DNA of 64,000 bases from an uncultured delta proteobacterium (GCA_963804955.1 CAWDSQ010000005.1:32001-96000), one strand, 5' to 3'; counted from the first letter of the stretch, positions 40,432 through 52,092 are shown. Program-made: numbers and translations. Notes: generated from the sequence alone by a model not told the origin.

Positions 40432-40740
40432 CTACTTCACCAGCTGCATGATGGATTCCCGGCCTGACCCTTCCACAAAAAGATCTTTTGGCGCCTGACT
40501 GACAAATTTTTTCCAGCGGGCATCAGCCTCTATTTTCATCAGGGTTTTTTCAAGTGCTGCCAGGCCTTTGAAATCACCGACCCAGAATACTTTTTCCACG
40601 GAGCTGAAGACCCCTGTGAAAACCTGGAAACGGGCAGTGCTGTCGATTTTTTTGGCCAGAGCCGCGGCGTCTTTGGCAAACCTGACAGCTTCTGCTTTCA
40701 TCGTGCGCTTAAACTGCCGTGATCTCTCAAAGCGAATCAT
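40432..40740 (-). CDS. Small NIPSNAP/ferredoxin-fold-like hypothetical protein
   Basis: 102-aa ORF with GGAGGGAG RBS; alternating beta-alpha pattern (VFWVGDFKGLAALEK...W). Confidence 0.5.
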   Translation of the reverse strand: MIRFERSRQFKRTMKAEAVRFAKDAAALAKKIDSTARFQVFTGVFSSVEKVFWVGDFKGLAALEKTLMKIEADARWKKFVSQAPKDLFVEGSGRESIMQLVK

Positions 40741-40952
40741 AAGGCTCCCTCCTTTCAATTTGTTTTTTCGGGATAGCTGCATGCATACAATATAGACCAT
40801 GCGCTCCGGATATTCAACAGCCTGCGGGCAGGCCGGGCACATAAAGTGCAGGAAAGCGTTGAAAAGAAGGTGCGCAGCCTGGTTTGCTGTGCTGCAGACC
40901 CGGCTTGCGCCTGATGCACTTGCGGCAGCATCTCTCTGGTTGCGTCTCTGCA

Positions 40953-41384
40953 TCACCCGGTGGTAACGCCGCTACTGGTTGCAATCGGGATGCGCAGGGA
41001 GTTGCATTCAGGATTGCCAACCACGTGATCGACGACCCCGTCGAAGGCCTTTTCGTTGAGGCCCCGCTGCCGGGCAATGCAGCGTACCGAATTCAAAATG
41101 TCGCTGCGGCTGGTGAGGCGCTCGGCAACGGCTTCAACAATAACCGCCGTATAGCGGGAATAGCTGCGGTCTGAGTCGCAGATTTTGAAGGCGACCTTCT
41201 GGCTGCTGTGTATGCAGCGGGCCATTCTGCCGCCGGGCCGGGAGCCGCAGTGTATAGAGTCTCCATCAAAGCCGTAGGAAAGCTCAACGGCATAGGGCCT
41301 GCCGCCGGGCTCGACGCCGATGAGCGTTCCCCAGGTATAGTGCTTGATGAATTCTATGATTTCCTCGCGGGTCATATGACGCAT
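40953..41384 (-). CDS. Pyridoxamine 5'-phosphate oxidase-like (split barrel, NimA-like) protein
   Basis: MTREEI-EF...WGTL...GRPYAVELSY, VAFKICD, YTAVIVE; paralog of 47677-48114. Confidence 0.78.
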   Translation of the reverse strand: MRHMTREEIIEFIKHYTWGTLIGVEPGGRPYAVELSYGFDGDSIHCGSRPGGRMARCIHSSQKVAFKICDSDRSYSRYTAVIVEAVAERLTSRSDILNSVRCIARQRGLNEKAFDGVVDHVVGNPECNSLRIPIATSSGVTTG

Positions 41385-41489
41385 TGTACAAACTCCTTCC
41401 TTCACAGGGCCATTAATCTGTAGTATACAAAATGGGCGCGCATGCCTGCCGGCTTGCGCGCCTGTCAGCAAACGTGGTACGAGCAATCA

Positions 41490-42432
41490 ATGAAAGCAAT
41501 CGTTCTTGCAGCCGGGTACGGCACGCGCATGCAGCCGCTGTCCCATTACCTGCCAAAACCACTCATGCCCGTGGTGGGCCGCCCCATGCTGTGGCATATT
41601 ATCACGAAGCTTAGCCGCAGTAAAGCCGCCGCCGTGGGAGTGAACTGCCACCACATGGCCGACCGCGTGCAGGCCTATGCCCTCTCGGCCGGCTTCGGCC
41701 TGCCGGTAACGGTTTCCCATGAGCCCGTCATACGCGGGAGCGGCGGCGGCATAGAAGGCTTTCGCGCCTTTCTGGCAGGCGAAGACTATTTTCTTGTGCA
41801 TAACGGCGATATGCTCAGCAGCATCGATATCGCTGCCGCGCATGAAGCTTACCTGCGCGACAAGCCCCTCTGCGCCATGGTGCTGCATGACGCGCCGGGC
41901 TTCAACAATGTGAGCGTCGACAGCCGGGGCCGCATCATCGATATGCGCGACATGCTCAAGCCCGGCAATGTATCCCGCAGGCTTGCCTACAGCGGCATCT
42001 GTTTTCTGAGCACCGATATACTGCGCTTTATTCCGGCCGGGGAGTCAGACCTTGTGCTGATTCTTCTTGAAATTATTAAACGCGAGGCCGCCGCGGTTCA
42101 GGCCATCATCGCGCAGCAGTGCGCCTGGAGCGATGTGGGCAGCCCGGCAAGCTATCTGGCCGCGCACCGCGACATACTTATCGGCCGGCAGCCCCTTATC
42201 GAAGCGGCATGCATGCCCGGGGCAGCGGTCTATGCGGGAAGTGGCACGCGGATCGGCAGCAGCGCTGACCTTGACGGTTTTGTGTCAGCCGGTGACGGCT
42301 GCAGAATTGACAGCGGCTGCAGCCTTAAAAACTGCATTGTCTGGGACGGTGCGCAGATCACCGGCAGGCGCGATATTTAAAAATACCATTATCGGCCCGG
42401 GCTGGTCCGTGCAGGTGCAGGAGGCGCTTTGA
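41490..42432 (+). CDS. Sugar-phosphate nucleotidyltransferase, MurU-like, with C-terminal LbH region (frameshift near 42370)
   Basis: MKAIVLAAGYGTRMQPLS..PKPLMPV, VHNGD, WSDVGSPASY; adjacent to an AmgK-like kinase. Confidence 0.85.
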
Positions 42433-42433
42433 T

Positions 42434-43469
42434 ATGCAGGCTGAGGAGCATATGCGGCATATAAAAAATTTTCTCAAGCATGCCGGTTTTGCCCTGCGCT
42501 CCGGTAACGATGCCTTTGTGCTGCTTGCCCAGGGCGGCTCCGACCGCAGATTTTACCGAACGCTCACCGACCGGGGGAGCTTTGTCGTGATGACGGCGCC
42601 GGCATTCCGCTACGAGCTCAGGGCATTTCTGGATGTGGCTGCTTATTTGCAGGGCTGCGGAACAGCAGTGCCCGACAATTATAGCCCATGATCATGACGG
42701 GCAGCTGGTGCTCATGGAGGACGTCGGCGATGACAGCCTGCATGGCCTGCTGCAGACAACGGGCGGCCGCGGCAGGGTTCTGGAGCTGTACCGGCAGGTG
42801 CTGGCCGCCCTGGCTGAGCTGCAGATGCAGGCAACACCGCGAATGCACACGAGCCACTATCTTAAAAACCGGTCATTCGGCTATGAGGCGCTGCGCTGGG
42901 AAACAGACTATTTCACGGAATGCTTTCTTAAGGGCTGCTGCGGCATTGAGATCGAACAGGAAAGTGAGCTTGACCAGGAACTGAACAGCCTTGCCGATGT
43001 CATAGCCGCTGAGCCGCGGTATTTCATGCACCGGGATTTTCAGTCAAAAAATATTCATTTCAAAGACGGCAGGGTCCGCATCATCGATTTTCAGACCGCC
43101 ACCTGCGGCCTGCTGCAGTATGACCTGGCATCGCTGCTGAAAGACGCGTACGCGCCGCTTGCGCCTGCCGAGCGGCAGGAGCTGCTTGGCTTTTATCTGC
43201 AGGAGCTTGCCGGGAGGTGGGGGCTTGCGCCTGACCCGGCGGCGTTCACGTCCATGTTTCACCGCGCAGGGCTGCAGCGCACCATGCAGGCTCTGGGGGC
43301 TTTTGCCTTTCTGAGCATGCGCAAGGGTAAACCGGAATTTGCCCGGTATATCCCCGCCGGGCTCGCCGCGCTGCAGGAAGCGCTTGCGCTGTTTCCCGAA
43401 TATCCGGTGCTGGCCGGGCTGACGGCACAGGCTGCAGCCGGATTGCAGAATACACCCGATACGCGATAA
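42434..43469 (+). CDS. AmgK-like anomeric MurNAc/GlcNAc kinase (APH family; frameshift near 42670)
   Basis: GGSDRRFYR, LMEDVGD, MHRDFQSKNI, IIDFQ, YDLASLLKD, LQRTMQALGAFAFL. Confidence 0.82.
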
Positions 43470-43508
43470 GTATGTATTCCGATGCAGACAGGGTGCCCGC
43501 GCATGACT

Positions 43509-44312
43509 TTAATTATCCTGTCTGAGTTCCTCAAGCCAGGTCGTGTAGTCTTCGGTAAACACTTCGCCGCTTGCCGGATTTTCATCGTCCAGAATTTTTA
43601 ATAAGCTCATCCGGATATCTTCCGGCTGCCTGAACAGGGCTTTGTCCTCCGGCGGGAGGTTTTCATGGTAGGACACTGCCACCAGCCCGGGGCTTAGAGC
43701 GTTGATCCTCACGGGTGAGCCGCAGCAGACAAGCTCAAAGGCAAGCACTTCAGTGAACCGCGTCAGGGCTGCCTTGGCCGAGCCATAGGCGATCATGCCC
43801 GGCACGACGCCGTATTTCATCATGCCCGACTTTGAGCTGATATTGATGATGTGGCCCGAACCCTGGCGCTTCATCACCGGCAGGACGCACCTGATGCAGT
43901 TCAGCGGGCCGTAGAAATTGATGGAGAAGATCGTGGCGAAGTCCTCCGCGGAAATGGTATCGAAGGTGTACTGCGCCATGGTGTCGAAAAACTCCTCCTG
44001 CGTGTGCGGGGCTATGGACCGCACGCCGACAAGGGGCCCGCCGGCATTGTTGATGAGCACGTCGATGCGGCCAAGCTCCGCCAGGGTCCTGTCGGTCAGG
44101 GCGCGCACCGCCTCGGGATCGCTGATATCGGCAGGGATGGCAAGGGCTGTGCCGCCGCGGCGCCGAATCTCTTCGGCGGCCTCAGCAATAGCGCCGGCTG
44201 ATCGTGCCGCGCACGCCACCCCGTAGCCTTCATCTGCAAGAATGTTTGAAATGGCCCTGCCGATGCCCATGCTGGCGCCGGTGACTATTGCTACTTTGCC
44301 GTTAGAGCGCAC
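43509..44312 (-). CDS. Short-chain dehydrogenase/reductase
   Basis: TGASMGIG, LINNAG, NISS, YGSAK; GTG start with AGGAGG RBS. Confidence 0.9.
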   Translation of the reverse strand: MRSNGKVAIVTGASMGIGRAISNILADEGYGVACAARSAGAIAEAAEEIRRRGGTALAIPADISDPEAVRALTDRTLAELGRIDVLINNAGGPLVGVRSIAPHTQEEFFDTMAQYTFDTISAEDFATIFSINFYGPLNCIRCVLPVMKRQGSGHIINISSKSGMMKYGVVPGMIAYGSAKAALTRFTEVLAFELVCCGSPVRINALSPGLVAVSYHENLPPEDKALFRQPEDIRMSLLKILDDENPASGEVFTEDYTTWLEELRQDN

Positions 44313-44346
44313 GGTCTTGTTCCTCCTTGTGATAATTTATCGGGTT

Positions 44347-45060
44347 TTATGCTGAGGCAAATATCTGCTTCAGGTTGTCTACATAATCGATGACCGGCTG
44401 TATATACGGCGCAGCCTCAACAAGCTTTTCATAGGGAAAGGTAACGGTCAGCTCGCTGTCGTCGAGACCCACAAAGGTGCGCCACGGAAAATCGCTGGTG
44501 GAAAAGGTCATCTGGCGGGAAACAAAGGCATGCCTGATATTAAAAAGACAGCCGCCGTTGCCGCCAAAGCCCCTGACCAGGGTTCCCTGGTAGGCCTGCG
44601 ACCTGACAAGAATATCGGCCTGCTTGGGGTTGCAGAACATGATGACGAGGTTCGGGTCTGCAACCTTGCTGAGGGGCCCTGAAACCAGGCATGAATACTC
44701 CACCGGCGGCAGCGGGATCTCCCGGACGCAGGTTTCGTAAAAATCCATGGCTGTGTCCATATCCTTGTGATAGGGGCACATGTCGATAAACCCCTGGACC
44801 GCATTGCGGTATTCTTCCCGGTCAATGTCGCAGACGCCGGTGGCAATGAGGCCCTCGAAGCAGGCATGGTTTTCTTTTGTGCTGTAAAAGACCGAGCCGT
44901 TTTCCAGAATTTCATTCATCTGAACGCACAGCCCCGGCATGGCGAGTCCCTCATAGCGGGGCACATCCGGGGGAATATCCCTGAGTGGAGCGAGAGCGAT
45001 GGGCTCCTTTTTCAGGCCAAGATTCTCCATGAGCATTTTTTCAATCTCCTGTTTCGTCAT
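44347..45060 (-). CDS. DUF169 family protein
   Basis: LGLKKEPIAL, HACFEGLIATG, PNLVIMFCNPKQA, GGC, ELTVTFP; paralog of 39656-40340. Confidence 0.75.
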   Translation of the reverse strand: MTKQEIEKMLMENLGLKKEPIALAPLRDIPPDVPRYEGLAMPGLCVQMNEILENGSVFYSTKENHACFEGLIATGVCDIDREEYRNAVQGFIDMCPYHKDMDTAMDFYETCVREIPLPPVEYSCLVSGPLSKVADPNLVIMFCNPKQADILVRSQAYQGTLVRGFGGNGGCLFNIRHAFVSRQMTFSTSDFPWRTFVGLDDSELTVTFPYEKLVEAAPYIQPVIDYVDNLKQIFASA

Positions 45061-47275
45061 GCAATCCTCCCTTTTCTTGATGTATTTTTTTCTCGAGCGA
45101 AGCACGCATCGGTAAATCCTTATCTGTCAGGCGGCGCCCCATGAATTCCTGCAGGTTAAGAGCGCTCTGTTTGGTCGAGGCGGGTGTTTTGCCGATTGTT
45201 TTTTTTATTGACGGCTGCAGCGGCACAGGCTCATCCTGTAAAGCTGGCTCAAAGTTCTCGGTAAGGTTAAAAGCGCGCAGCCTGACCGAGGTGGCCATGT
45301 CGCTGACTCTGTCGTCCTTTGACGGCTGCAGCGGGAAAAGCTCATCCGGCAGGGCGCCGGCAGGAGGCTTTTCAAGGCCAAGAGCCTGCAGTTTGGCCGG
45401 GGTGGCCATGCCGGTACTGATATCCCACTGCCGGGCATGGTAATATTCGTTGAGCATGGCTTCAAATTTATCGCGCTCGAGCACGGCGCCCTTGCGCGTG
45501 ATGAGTTCACCTCCCGGGCCGGGAAGCAGGAATTCGGGATTGAACATGCCGAAACGAACCATGGTGTCGATTTCAAGCGGTTCAGTGAAGTTGAATTCCG
45601 GCAGCCTGTCGCCCACCCGTCCGCACTTTCCTTCGCGGGCCTGTATGAGGCGCTGCAGGTTGAAAATGCGCTCGCCAACCCGATAGTACTTCTGCTCGGT
45701 CATGTCGATACCGGTGACGGCTGCAAGCAGGCGGCTATCGATGGAGGGATCGCCGATATAGTCGTTGGAGCTCTCGGCGATAAGCATGGGGTAAAAGAAA
45801 TCGCAGCCCACCAGGGTTTCCTTGGCATACTGCCGGTTCTGGATATGAGCGGCAACAAAGCCTTTGCCCTCATATTTTGAAAAATCGGCGGCCTCTTCAT
45901 CCAGCCAGAACCGTTTGGCAAGAAGGCGAAATGCCCCGGTTGAGAGGGCCGACATGCCGCCGTCGGTAGCGAACCAGAGCACCCATTCGAATGCCGGGAA
46001 CCCAATTTCATGCAGCTGGTTCATGGGGTTGGTGTCGGTGGCGTGGAAGAGAGCATTGATAATAAAGTAGCGCGAGCTGTACACGTCGGCGGAGAACCCT
46101 GCTCCCTCGACAACGCCTTCAAGGAGCTGCTCAGCCGCCGGCCCCAGGCCGTTGGCTGCCCGCATGGCGCCCTGGGCGAGCAGGTCGAAAATGCCCTTCC
46201 GCTCCAGCAGCAAACGCGCAAAATCCTTGAAAAAGCCGGGGCTTCCCAACTCGCCCAGGCGCAGCCCCGACGACCGCTCTGTTATGATGCCCTCTACGGC
46301 GCAGCTATGGATCCAGGGCAGCATTTTGGTCAGCTCCTGTGTGCACAGGCCAAGGCGGTTGCACAGCGAGGTTGCAAGAAATGAGCTGCCGCTCGCCTCG
46401 TCATGGTGATAGCGTTTGTCCCAATCGTAGTAGAAATAGCTGGACCCGCAATTTTTCCTGTAGTCCTGCAGGCCGGACCCATGCTTGAACAGGCCGCGGG
46501 AGCAGCCGCCGGGGCAGCCGTGGCAGGGGGCTCGGCGTACGAGCTCAATGTCGGGCAGCACGGGATCCATAAGATTGCGGCCCTTGATCATGGCGCGGAT
46601 ATGCCGGTTGAGGCCGGCAAGCTCATCGGGGCGGGCCACAGCAATTTTTTCGCTTCCTTCAATTACCAGCGCCTTGAGCATCTTTACGCCCCAGACCGCG
46701 CCGAAGCCATGGCCTGCAAATGAGCCGTTGTCGCCCGCCACGAGCGACATCCTGATCAGCTTTTCGGCAGCAGGACCGATGCACATCGTGGCCGCGCCTT
46801 TTGGATAGCCTGCCGACAGTTTGTTTTGAGTTTCGGGAATGTCGAGCCCCCAGAGGTCGCCGGCATCGCGCAGCTCCAGGCTGCCGCTGTGTATGTGCAC
46901 CAGTACCGGGCTTTGAGCTTTGCCCCTGATAACAATGCCGTCAAAGCCCGCTGCCTTCAGCTTGGCTGCGGCAATGCCTCCCATGCTTGCAATGCCGAAC
47001 TGGTCGGGATAGAGCAGGGGGGATGTGCCGAGCATGACTATGCGTGAGCATGCCGGAGCTGTTGTGCCGGCAAGAGGGCCTGTCATAATGATGATGGGGT
47101 TTTCAGGTGCGAAAGCGTCGGGATGCGGCCCGACCATATCCCAGTAGAGCTTTGCTGCAATGCCCCTGCCTCCGATAAAGGTTTCGGCATAGTCATGGGT
47201 TGAGAGCGTTTCGACCATGCCTTGCGACAGGTCTATATGGCCTATTTTTCCTGTCCAGCCATAACCGTTATTCAT
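45041..47275 (-). CDS. Aldehyde:ferredoxin oxidoreductase family (W/Mo-pterin) with C-terminal extension
   Basis: GWTGKI--IDLS, IGGRG, TGPLAGT, LKAAGFDGIVIRGKA, CHGCPGGC, GERIFNLQR, EYYHARQWD. Confidence 0.9.
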   Translation of the reverse strand: MNNGYGWTGKIGHIDLSQGMVETLSTHDYAETFIGGRGIAAKLYWDMVGPHPDAFAPENPIIIMTGPLAGTTAPACSRIVMLGTSPLLYPDQFGIASMGGIAAAKLKAAGFDGIVIRGKAQSPVLVHIHSGSLELRDAGDLWGLDIPETQNKLSAGYPKGAATMCIGPAAEKLIRMSLVAGDNGSFAGHGFGAVWGVKMLKALVIEGSEKIAVARPDELAGLNRHIRAMIKGRNLMDPVLPDIELVRRAPCHGCPGGCSRGLFKHGSGLQDYRKNCGSSYFYYDWDKRYHHDEASGSSFLATSLCNRLGLCTQELTKMLPWIHSCAVEGIITERSSGLRLGELGSPGFFKDFARLLLERKGIFDLLAQGAMRAANGLGPAAEQLLEGVVEGAGFSADVYSSRYFIINALFHATDTNPMNQLHEIGFPAFEWVLWFATDGGMSALSTGAFRLLAKRFWLDEEAADFSKYEGKGFVAAHIQNRQYAKETLVGCDFFYPMLIAESSNDYIGDPSIDSRLLAAVTGIDMTEQKYYRVGERIFNLQRLIQAREGKCGRVGDRLPEFNFTEPLEIDTMVRFGMFNPEFLLPGPGGELITRKGAVLERDKFEAMLNEYYHARQWDISTGMATPAKLQALGLEKPPAGALPDELFPLQPSKDDRVSDMATSVRLRAFNLTENFEPALQDEPVPLQPSIKKTIGKTPASTKQSALNLQEFMGRRLTDKDLPMRASLEKKIHQEKGGLHDETGD

Positions 47276-47676
47276 GCCAGTACTCCTGTGCTGAGTGCAT
47301 TACGCGATGTCCATTGAATCGGGACAAAGGTTGTATGGATGAATAAAACGATACTCCTTTTAGCGTATTTAAATTGGCTTAGCAAGAAATAATTTTCTAT
47401 ATGAAATGATATCTTAAATTAATTATTAAACAATAATTAATATGTTCATTTTTTAATATATTCCTTTTTTGAAATTTTAGGAGCAGCTAGTGATGTGTTT
47501 TTCGAACAGGACAAGCCTGACTATACTCAAAGGGCTTTGAAAGATTGACAGAGGGTTAAAAGATGGTACATATGTGGGGAGGCGCTCCGCGTACCGGCTG
47601 AAAAGATCGAGCCGGTGTGACGGGGTTTTGTTGCCGGGCAGACGATGTTATAACACTATTCGGAGGATGAATCGCC

Positions 47677-48114
47677 ATGGGAACACCACTACCGGAACAG
47701 GAAATACGAAAGCTTATGGATGATGAGCTGTGGGGCACGCTGATGGCCATCGACGACGGGCAGCCCTACGCGGTTGAAACGTCTTTTGCCGCCGACGAAA
47801 CGCACCTGTACACCGGTTCAAAGCGCGGGGGCCGCATGCACCGCTGCCTTGAGCGTAATACCGCCGCATCATTTAAAATGTGTGACGGCGATCACCGCGG
47901 TCACAACTACCGCGCTGCCATTGTGGAATCCGCGGCCGAGATACTTACCCGTCGCGAGGATATTGTCTACAGTCTGAAAATTATTTTTACCAAGCTCGGG
48001 ATTTCCACCGCCACTGTCGAGGCCAAAGCCGATACCTATGCTGCCGGCAAGGGTTCTCTGGCCCTGTATCGCCTGCCGCTGCGCAAGCTGGGAGGCATTC
48101 GTTCCGGCCGGTAA
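47677..48114 (+). CDS. Pyridoxamine 5'-phosphate oxidase-like (split barrel) protein
   Basis: WGTLMA-DDGQPYAVETSF, GGRM, FKMCD, YRAAIVE; GGAGG RBS. Confidence 0.75.
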   Translation: MGTPLPEQEIRKLMDDELWGTLMAIDDGQPYAVETSFAADETHLYTGSKRGGRMHRCLERNTAASFKMCDGDHRGHNYRAAIVESAAEILTRREDIVYSLKIIFTKLGISTATVEAKADTYAAGKGSLALYRLPLRKLGGIRSGR

Positions 48115-48152
48115 CAGGCAGCGGCAGAAAACCAACACAGAAAGCGCAGCCC

Positions 48153-48578
48153 ATGAGCTTTCCTCTGAGTATCCTGTTTAAAAAGCAGACCCTGTTCTTC
48201 ATTATCATTGCTGCGGCATTTCTTGCTTTCCGGTCTTTTTTCGCCTATGTGACCGTTGACAAGGAGGGGGCTGCCCTGCTGAAAAAATGGATATCTGCGG
48301 AATTTACGCTGTATCATGTAAACCGCACTGATGTGTCGCTTGAAAAAAAAGCTGAGCTGCTGCGCCAGGCCGGGCAGGTGGAGTTTCTATCAATACAAGC
48401 CCGTGGCCATGCTTCCAATATGGTCGTGCGGGTTCAGATCAAGCCCGGCCCGGCAGTCCCCCCGAACACCCCTGAGTTCAGCTATTTCCGGATGCGCTAT
48501 TCCGTTGCGCTTGGCTGGCGCCAGGTTCCGCAGCCCGGCTCTGCGCTGACCTTTTTTCTGGCCCTTTTTCTGCTGTGA
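48153..48578 (+). CDS. Hypothetical membrane-anchored protein
   Basis: 141-aa ORF with an N-terminal hydrophobic segment; no family recognised. Confidence 0.5.
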   Translation: MSFPLSILFKKQTLFFIIIAAAFLAFRSFFAYVTVDKEGAALLKKWISAEFTLYHVNRTDVSLEKKAELLRQAGQVEFLSIQARGHASNMVVRVQIKPGPAVPPNTPEFSYFRMRYSVALGWRQVPQPGSALTFFLALFLL

Positions 48579-48890
48579 TTGCACCCTGCTTGTGCAGAGC
48601 GGCTACGGTTAGAATGACATACGCGCCGCACAAAGTTCAGGTTTTGAGAAGCATATTTTAAGCCGGGGAGAGGGTTCTCACAAGATTGCCCGGTGGCCGC
48701 TGCGAGGGTGGCTGCGCCTGCACACAGGCTGGAATGGTCTGAAAACGCACAGCCGCCAATGGTTTTCCGTCTGATGCGGCTCTCTGAACAGCAGGGTTTT
48801 TATTGCCTTATTATGTACAAGCAATTAAAGTACCGTCCGGTATGGCGCGCATCTCTCAATAAACAAAACTTTTTCAAGGCGGCACAACCC

Positions 48891-51800
48891 ATGACAGCCT
48901 TTACAATCATGAACGATACATTTGATGAGGTCTATGGCAGCCTGCCCGTGCCGGTTTTTCTGTTTGACGGGCAGGCGCGGATGGTCAAGGCAAACAGGGC
49001 TTTTCTTGACCTTGCAAAGGTGGGGCCCGAAAGGCTGCCGCAGCTTTCTATAGCAGACTTTTTTAATGTGGTTAAAACATTCCGTTTTCCGGTGCCTGAC
49101 CGCTATATTACCGAACTGAAAATAATGGACGGAAGCGCTGTTCCTGTTGAGCTCAATTATACAAAGTTTCAGGGCGGGGATGACGAAGCACAGGGATGCC
49201 TTGTTTTTTTAAACGATCTGCAGAGAGGTTCACGCCCTCAAGCAGAGTCTGCGCCAGGCAGCCATAGAAAAAGAATCCCTTGAGCTGCAGCTTGCAGGCG
49301 AAACGCCGGACAGCAGTTTACATGAACGGATACGGCTTCAGGAGCAGGTCAAGGAGGAAAAGGCTTTTCTGGAAAACATCATTGAGTCATGCGGGGACGG
49401 GATAATCATTATAGACGGAAAAGGAGTTATTACCCGGACCAATGAATCGTTTGCGCGAATTGTCGGAAGAAACAAAGGGGAAATATCCGGCAATCTGTAT
49501 GACCTTGGGCCAATAACCGGAACCTTTCTGTGCACTACCGGAGAAACCGTCATCCTTGATGATGCCTACCGGGAATACACCTACCGTCAGGTTGAAAAAT
49601 TTATTTCCCTTGAAGACGGCGGTAAGATTGAAAACTGGGAGTACTATGCCTTTAACAGCCGGGGTGAAATCGTCCCGCTTGATGTTACCGCAACAATGCA
49701 GAAAAATTCCGAGGGCCTTATAACCAACTCGGTAAGCGTGCTGCGGGACAGTACCGAAAGAAAAAAGACGGAAAAAGCTCTTGAGGAAGCATACCGGTTC
49801 CGCAATCAGTTTTTTACCAACATCACCCATGAGTTCCGCACGCCGCTCACGCTGACCATCGGCCCGCTGGAAGAGATCCTGCGCGGCTCCTGCGGCACGG
49901 TCAGCGCAGCAGTTGAAAGCAGGCTTGAGCTTACGCTGCGCAACTCCCGGCGGCTGCTGAAGCTGATCAACCAGCTGCTGGATCTCAGCATGCTGGAGTC
50001 CGGGGCAAAAAGCCCGGTATATGAAAAAAAAGATATCAATGCCTTTACCTCCTCGATTCTGGAGTCCTTTTTGCTGATTGCGAACAAAAAGAATATTACC
50101 CTTGCATTCAATCCATGCCCGGATCTCACCGTTGCGGCAATCGACCCGGGGAAACTGGAAAAAGTGCTGTTCAACCTGATCGGCAATGCCTTTAAATTCA
50201 CCCCCGATGGCGGCAGCATCACTCTTCAAACACGATTGGCATCAGACCCGGAAAAACATGATGCGGCAGGCCCATCCGCAATTACCGGCAAATTCATAGA
50301 GCTGTCCGTTGCCGATACCGGCATCGGCATACAGAAAGAACATATCGGCAAAATATTTGAACGCTTCAACCGGGGAGGTCTCGGCCCGGAGCAGGAGTCG
50401 GGAGGGGCCGGCATCGGCCTTGCCTATGCAAAGGAACTGGCCGAGGTAATGGGGGGCAGGCTCACGGTTGCAAGCACGTACGGCAGGGGCGCAACATTTT
50501 CGCTTTATCTGCCCGCAGACACGCTGCAGCCGGCTGGAGCCGAAGCTGCGGCGGGTGCGGTGCACAAAGCTTCATCCCTGCAGACCGATGTTGAACTGTC
50601 TGATATTGCCGGGCAGGCCCATGCTGCCCCCGACAGCCTCAGCGGCCATAAGCCCCTCATTCTCATCGTTGATGACAACCCCGATGTGCTGCAGTATATC
50701 GCAGGGATCATTCAAAAGGACTATGATTTTATTACAGCTCACAACGGAAAAGCAGCACTGGACAGGCTGGAGAAGCATGCTCCCGACATCATCCTGTGTG
50801 ATGTCATGATGCCGGAGATGGATGGGTACGGGCTGCTCAGGATCGTCAAGTCCCGGCCCGCGCTGCAGTCCGTTCCTTTTATCTTTCTGACCGCACGAGC
50901 TGAGATAGAGATGAAGATAGAGGGGCTGCAGGAAGGGGCTGATGACTATATTGTCAAGCCTTTCAACTCCCTTGAGCTTCTTGCCCGGCTGAAATCGCTG
51001 CTGCGGATCAGAGACCTGCTGCGCACAACAGCGGCGCAGGAAAAAAAGATCACCGGCCTCACCCAGAAGCTGCAGGAAAAATATCACTATGGGAATATTA
51101 TCGGCAGCAGCCCCTCCATGCGAAAAATCTATCAGCTCATCGACGCAATTAAAGACAGCGATTCAAGCGTCCTTATCAGCGGCGAGACCGGCACGGGCAA
51201 GGAGCTGGTTGCCAATGCGATCCATTACAACAGCCCGCGACGAAGCGGCCCCATGGTATCGGTCAACTGCGGGGCAATTCCCAAAGAGCTGCTGGCCCGC
51301 GAACTGTTCGGCCATGTCAGGGGCGCCTATACCGGTGCGGTGGAAAGCAGAAAAGGATATTTTAAGGAGGCCGACGGAGGAACGCTGTTTCTTGATGAGA
51401 TCGGAGAAATGGATAAAGACATGCAGGTAAACCTGCTGCGGGTGATAGAGCGGGGCGAGATCATTCGCGTCGGCGATACGGTGCCCGTCAAAGTGAATGT
51501 GCGGCTTATTGCAGCAACGAACAAAAATCTTCTGGAAGAAGTAAAGAAGGGCAGGTTCCGGGAGGACCTGTATTACCGTATTCACGTCATACCCATACAC
51601 CTTCCGCCGCTGCGGCAGCGCAAAGAGGATATACCGATTCTGATCGGGCACTTTTTGAAAAAATGCCGGTCAAAATTTAAAAAGGACACGGCTGACTTGA
51701 CTGAACAGGAAATGAACCTGTTCATGACTTATCCCTACCCCGGCAATGTCCGCGAACTTGAGCATATGGTCGAAAGATTTTGTCTGCTGGGGGGGCATGC

Positions 51801-52059
51801 AGATAACCTTTTTGGCAGCAGGCCGGAGGCCTCGCCCGGCGCACAGGAAGATTTTGCCCTCGCCGGTTTTCTTGACGGACCCAACCCCTTGAGGGCAGCA
51901 GGCCAGAGCGCAAAAGAGCGGGCGGAAAAAGAGATTATTTTGTCTGTCTTGAAAGACTGCGGCAATAATTTTACAAGAGCAGCAAAAAAGCTTCATATCA
52001 GCCGCGTCTATCTTCATGAAAAAGTAAAAAAATACGGCAGAGACGCTTCAGAAGTGTAA
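48891..52059 (+). CDS. PAS-PAS-histidine kinase-receiver-sigma54 AAA+-HTH fusion (frameshift near 49221)
   Basis: THEFRTPL, NLIGNAFKFT, DTGIGI, GAGIGL; REC VDDN...CDVMMP...KPF; GETGTGKE, GAYTGA, FLDEIGE, YPGNVREL; Fis-type HTH. Confidence 0.88.
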
Positions 52060-52092
52060 ACAAATTATATACACTGTTAGTAATTTGTTTAC
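52056..52092. promoter_or_regulatory. Perfect 12-bp inverted repeat, candidate enhancer (UAS)
   Basis: GTAAACAAATTA-13 nt-TAATTTGTTTAC, about 150-190 bp upstream of a sigma54 motif. Confidence 0.6.
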
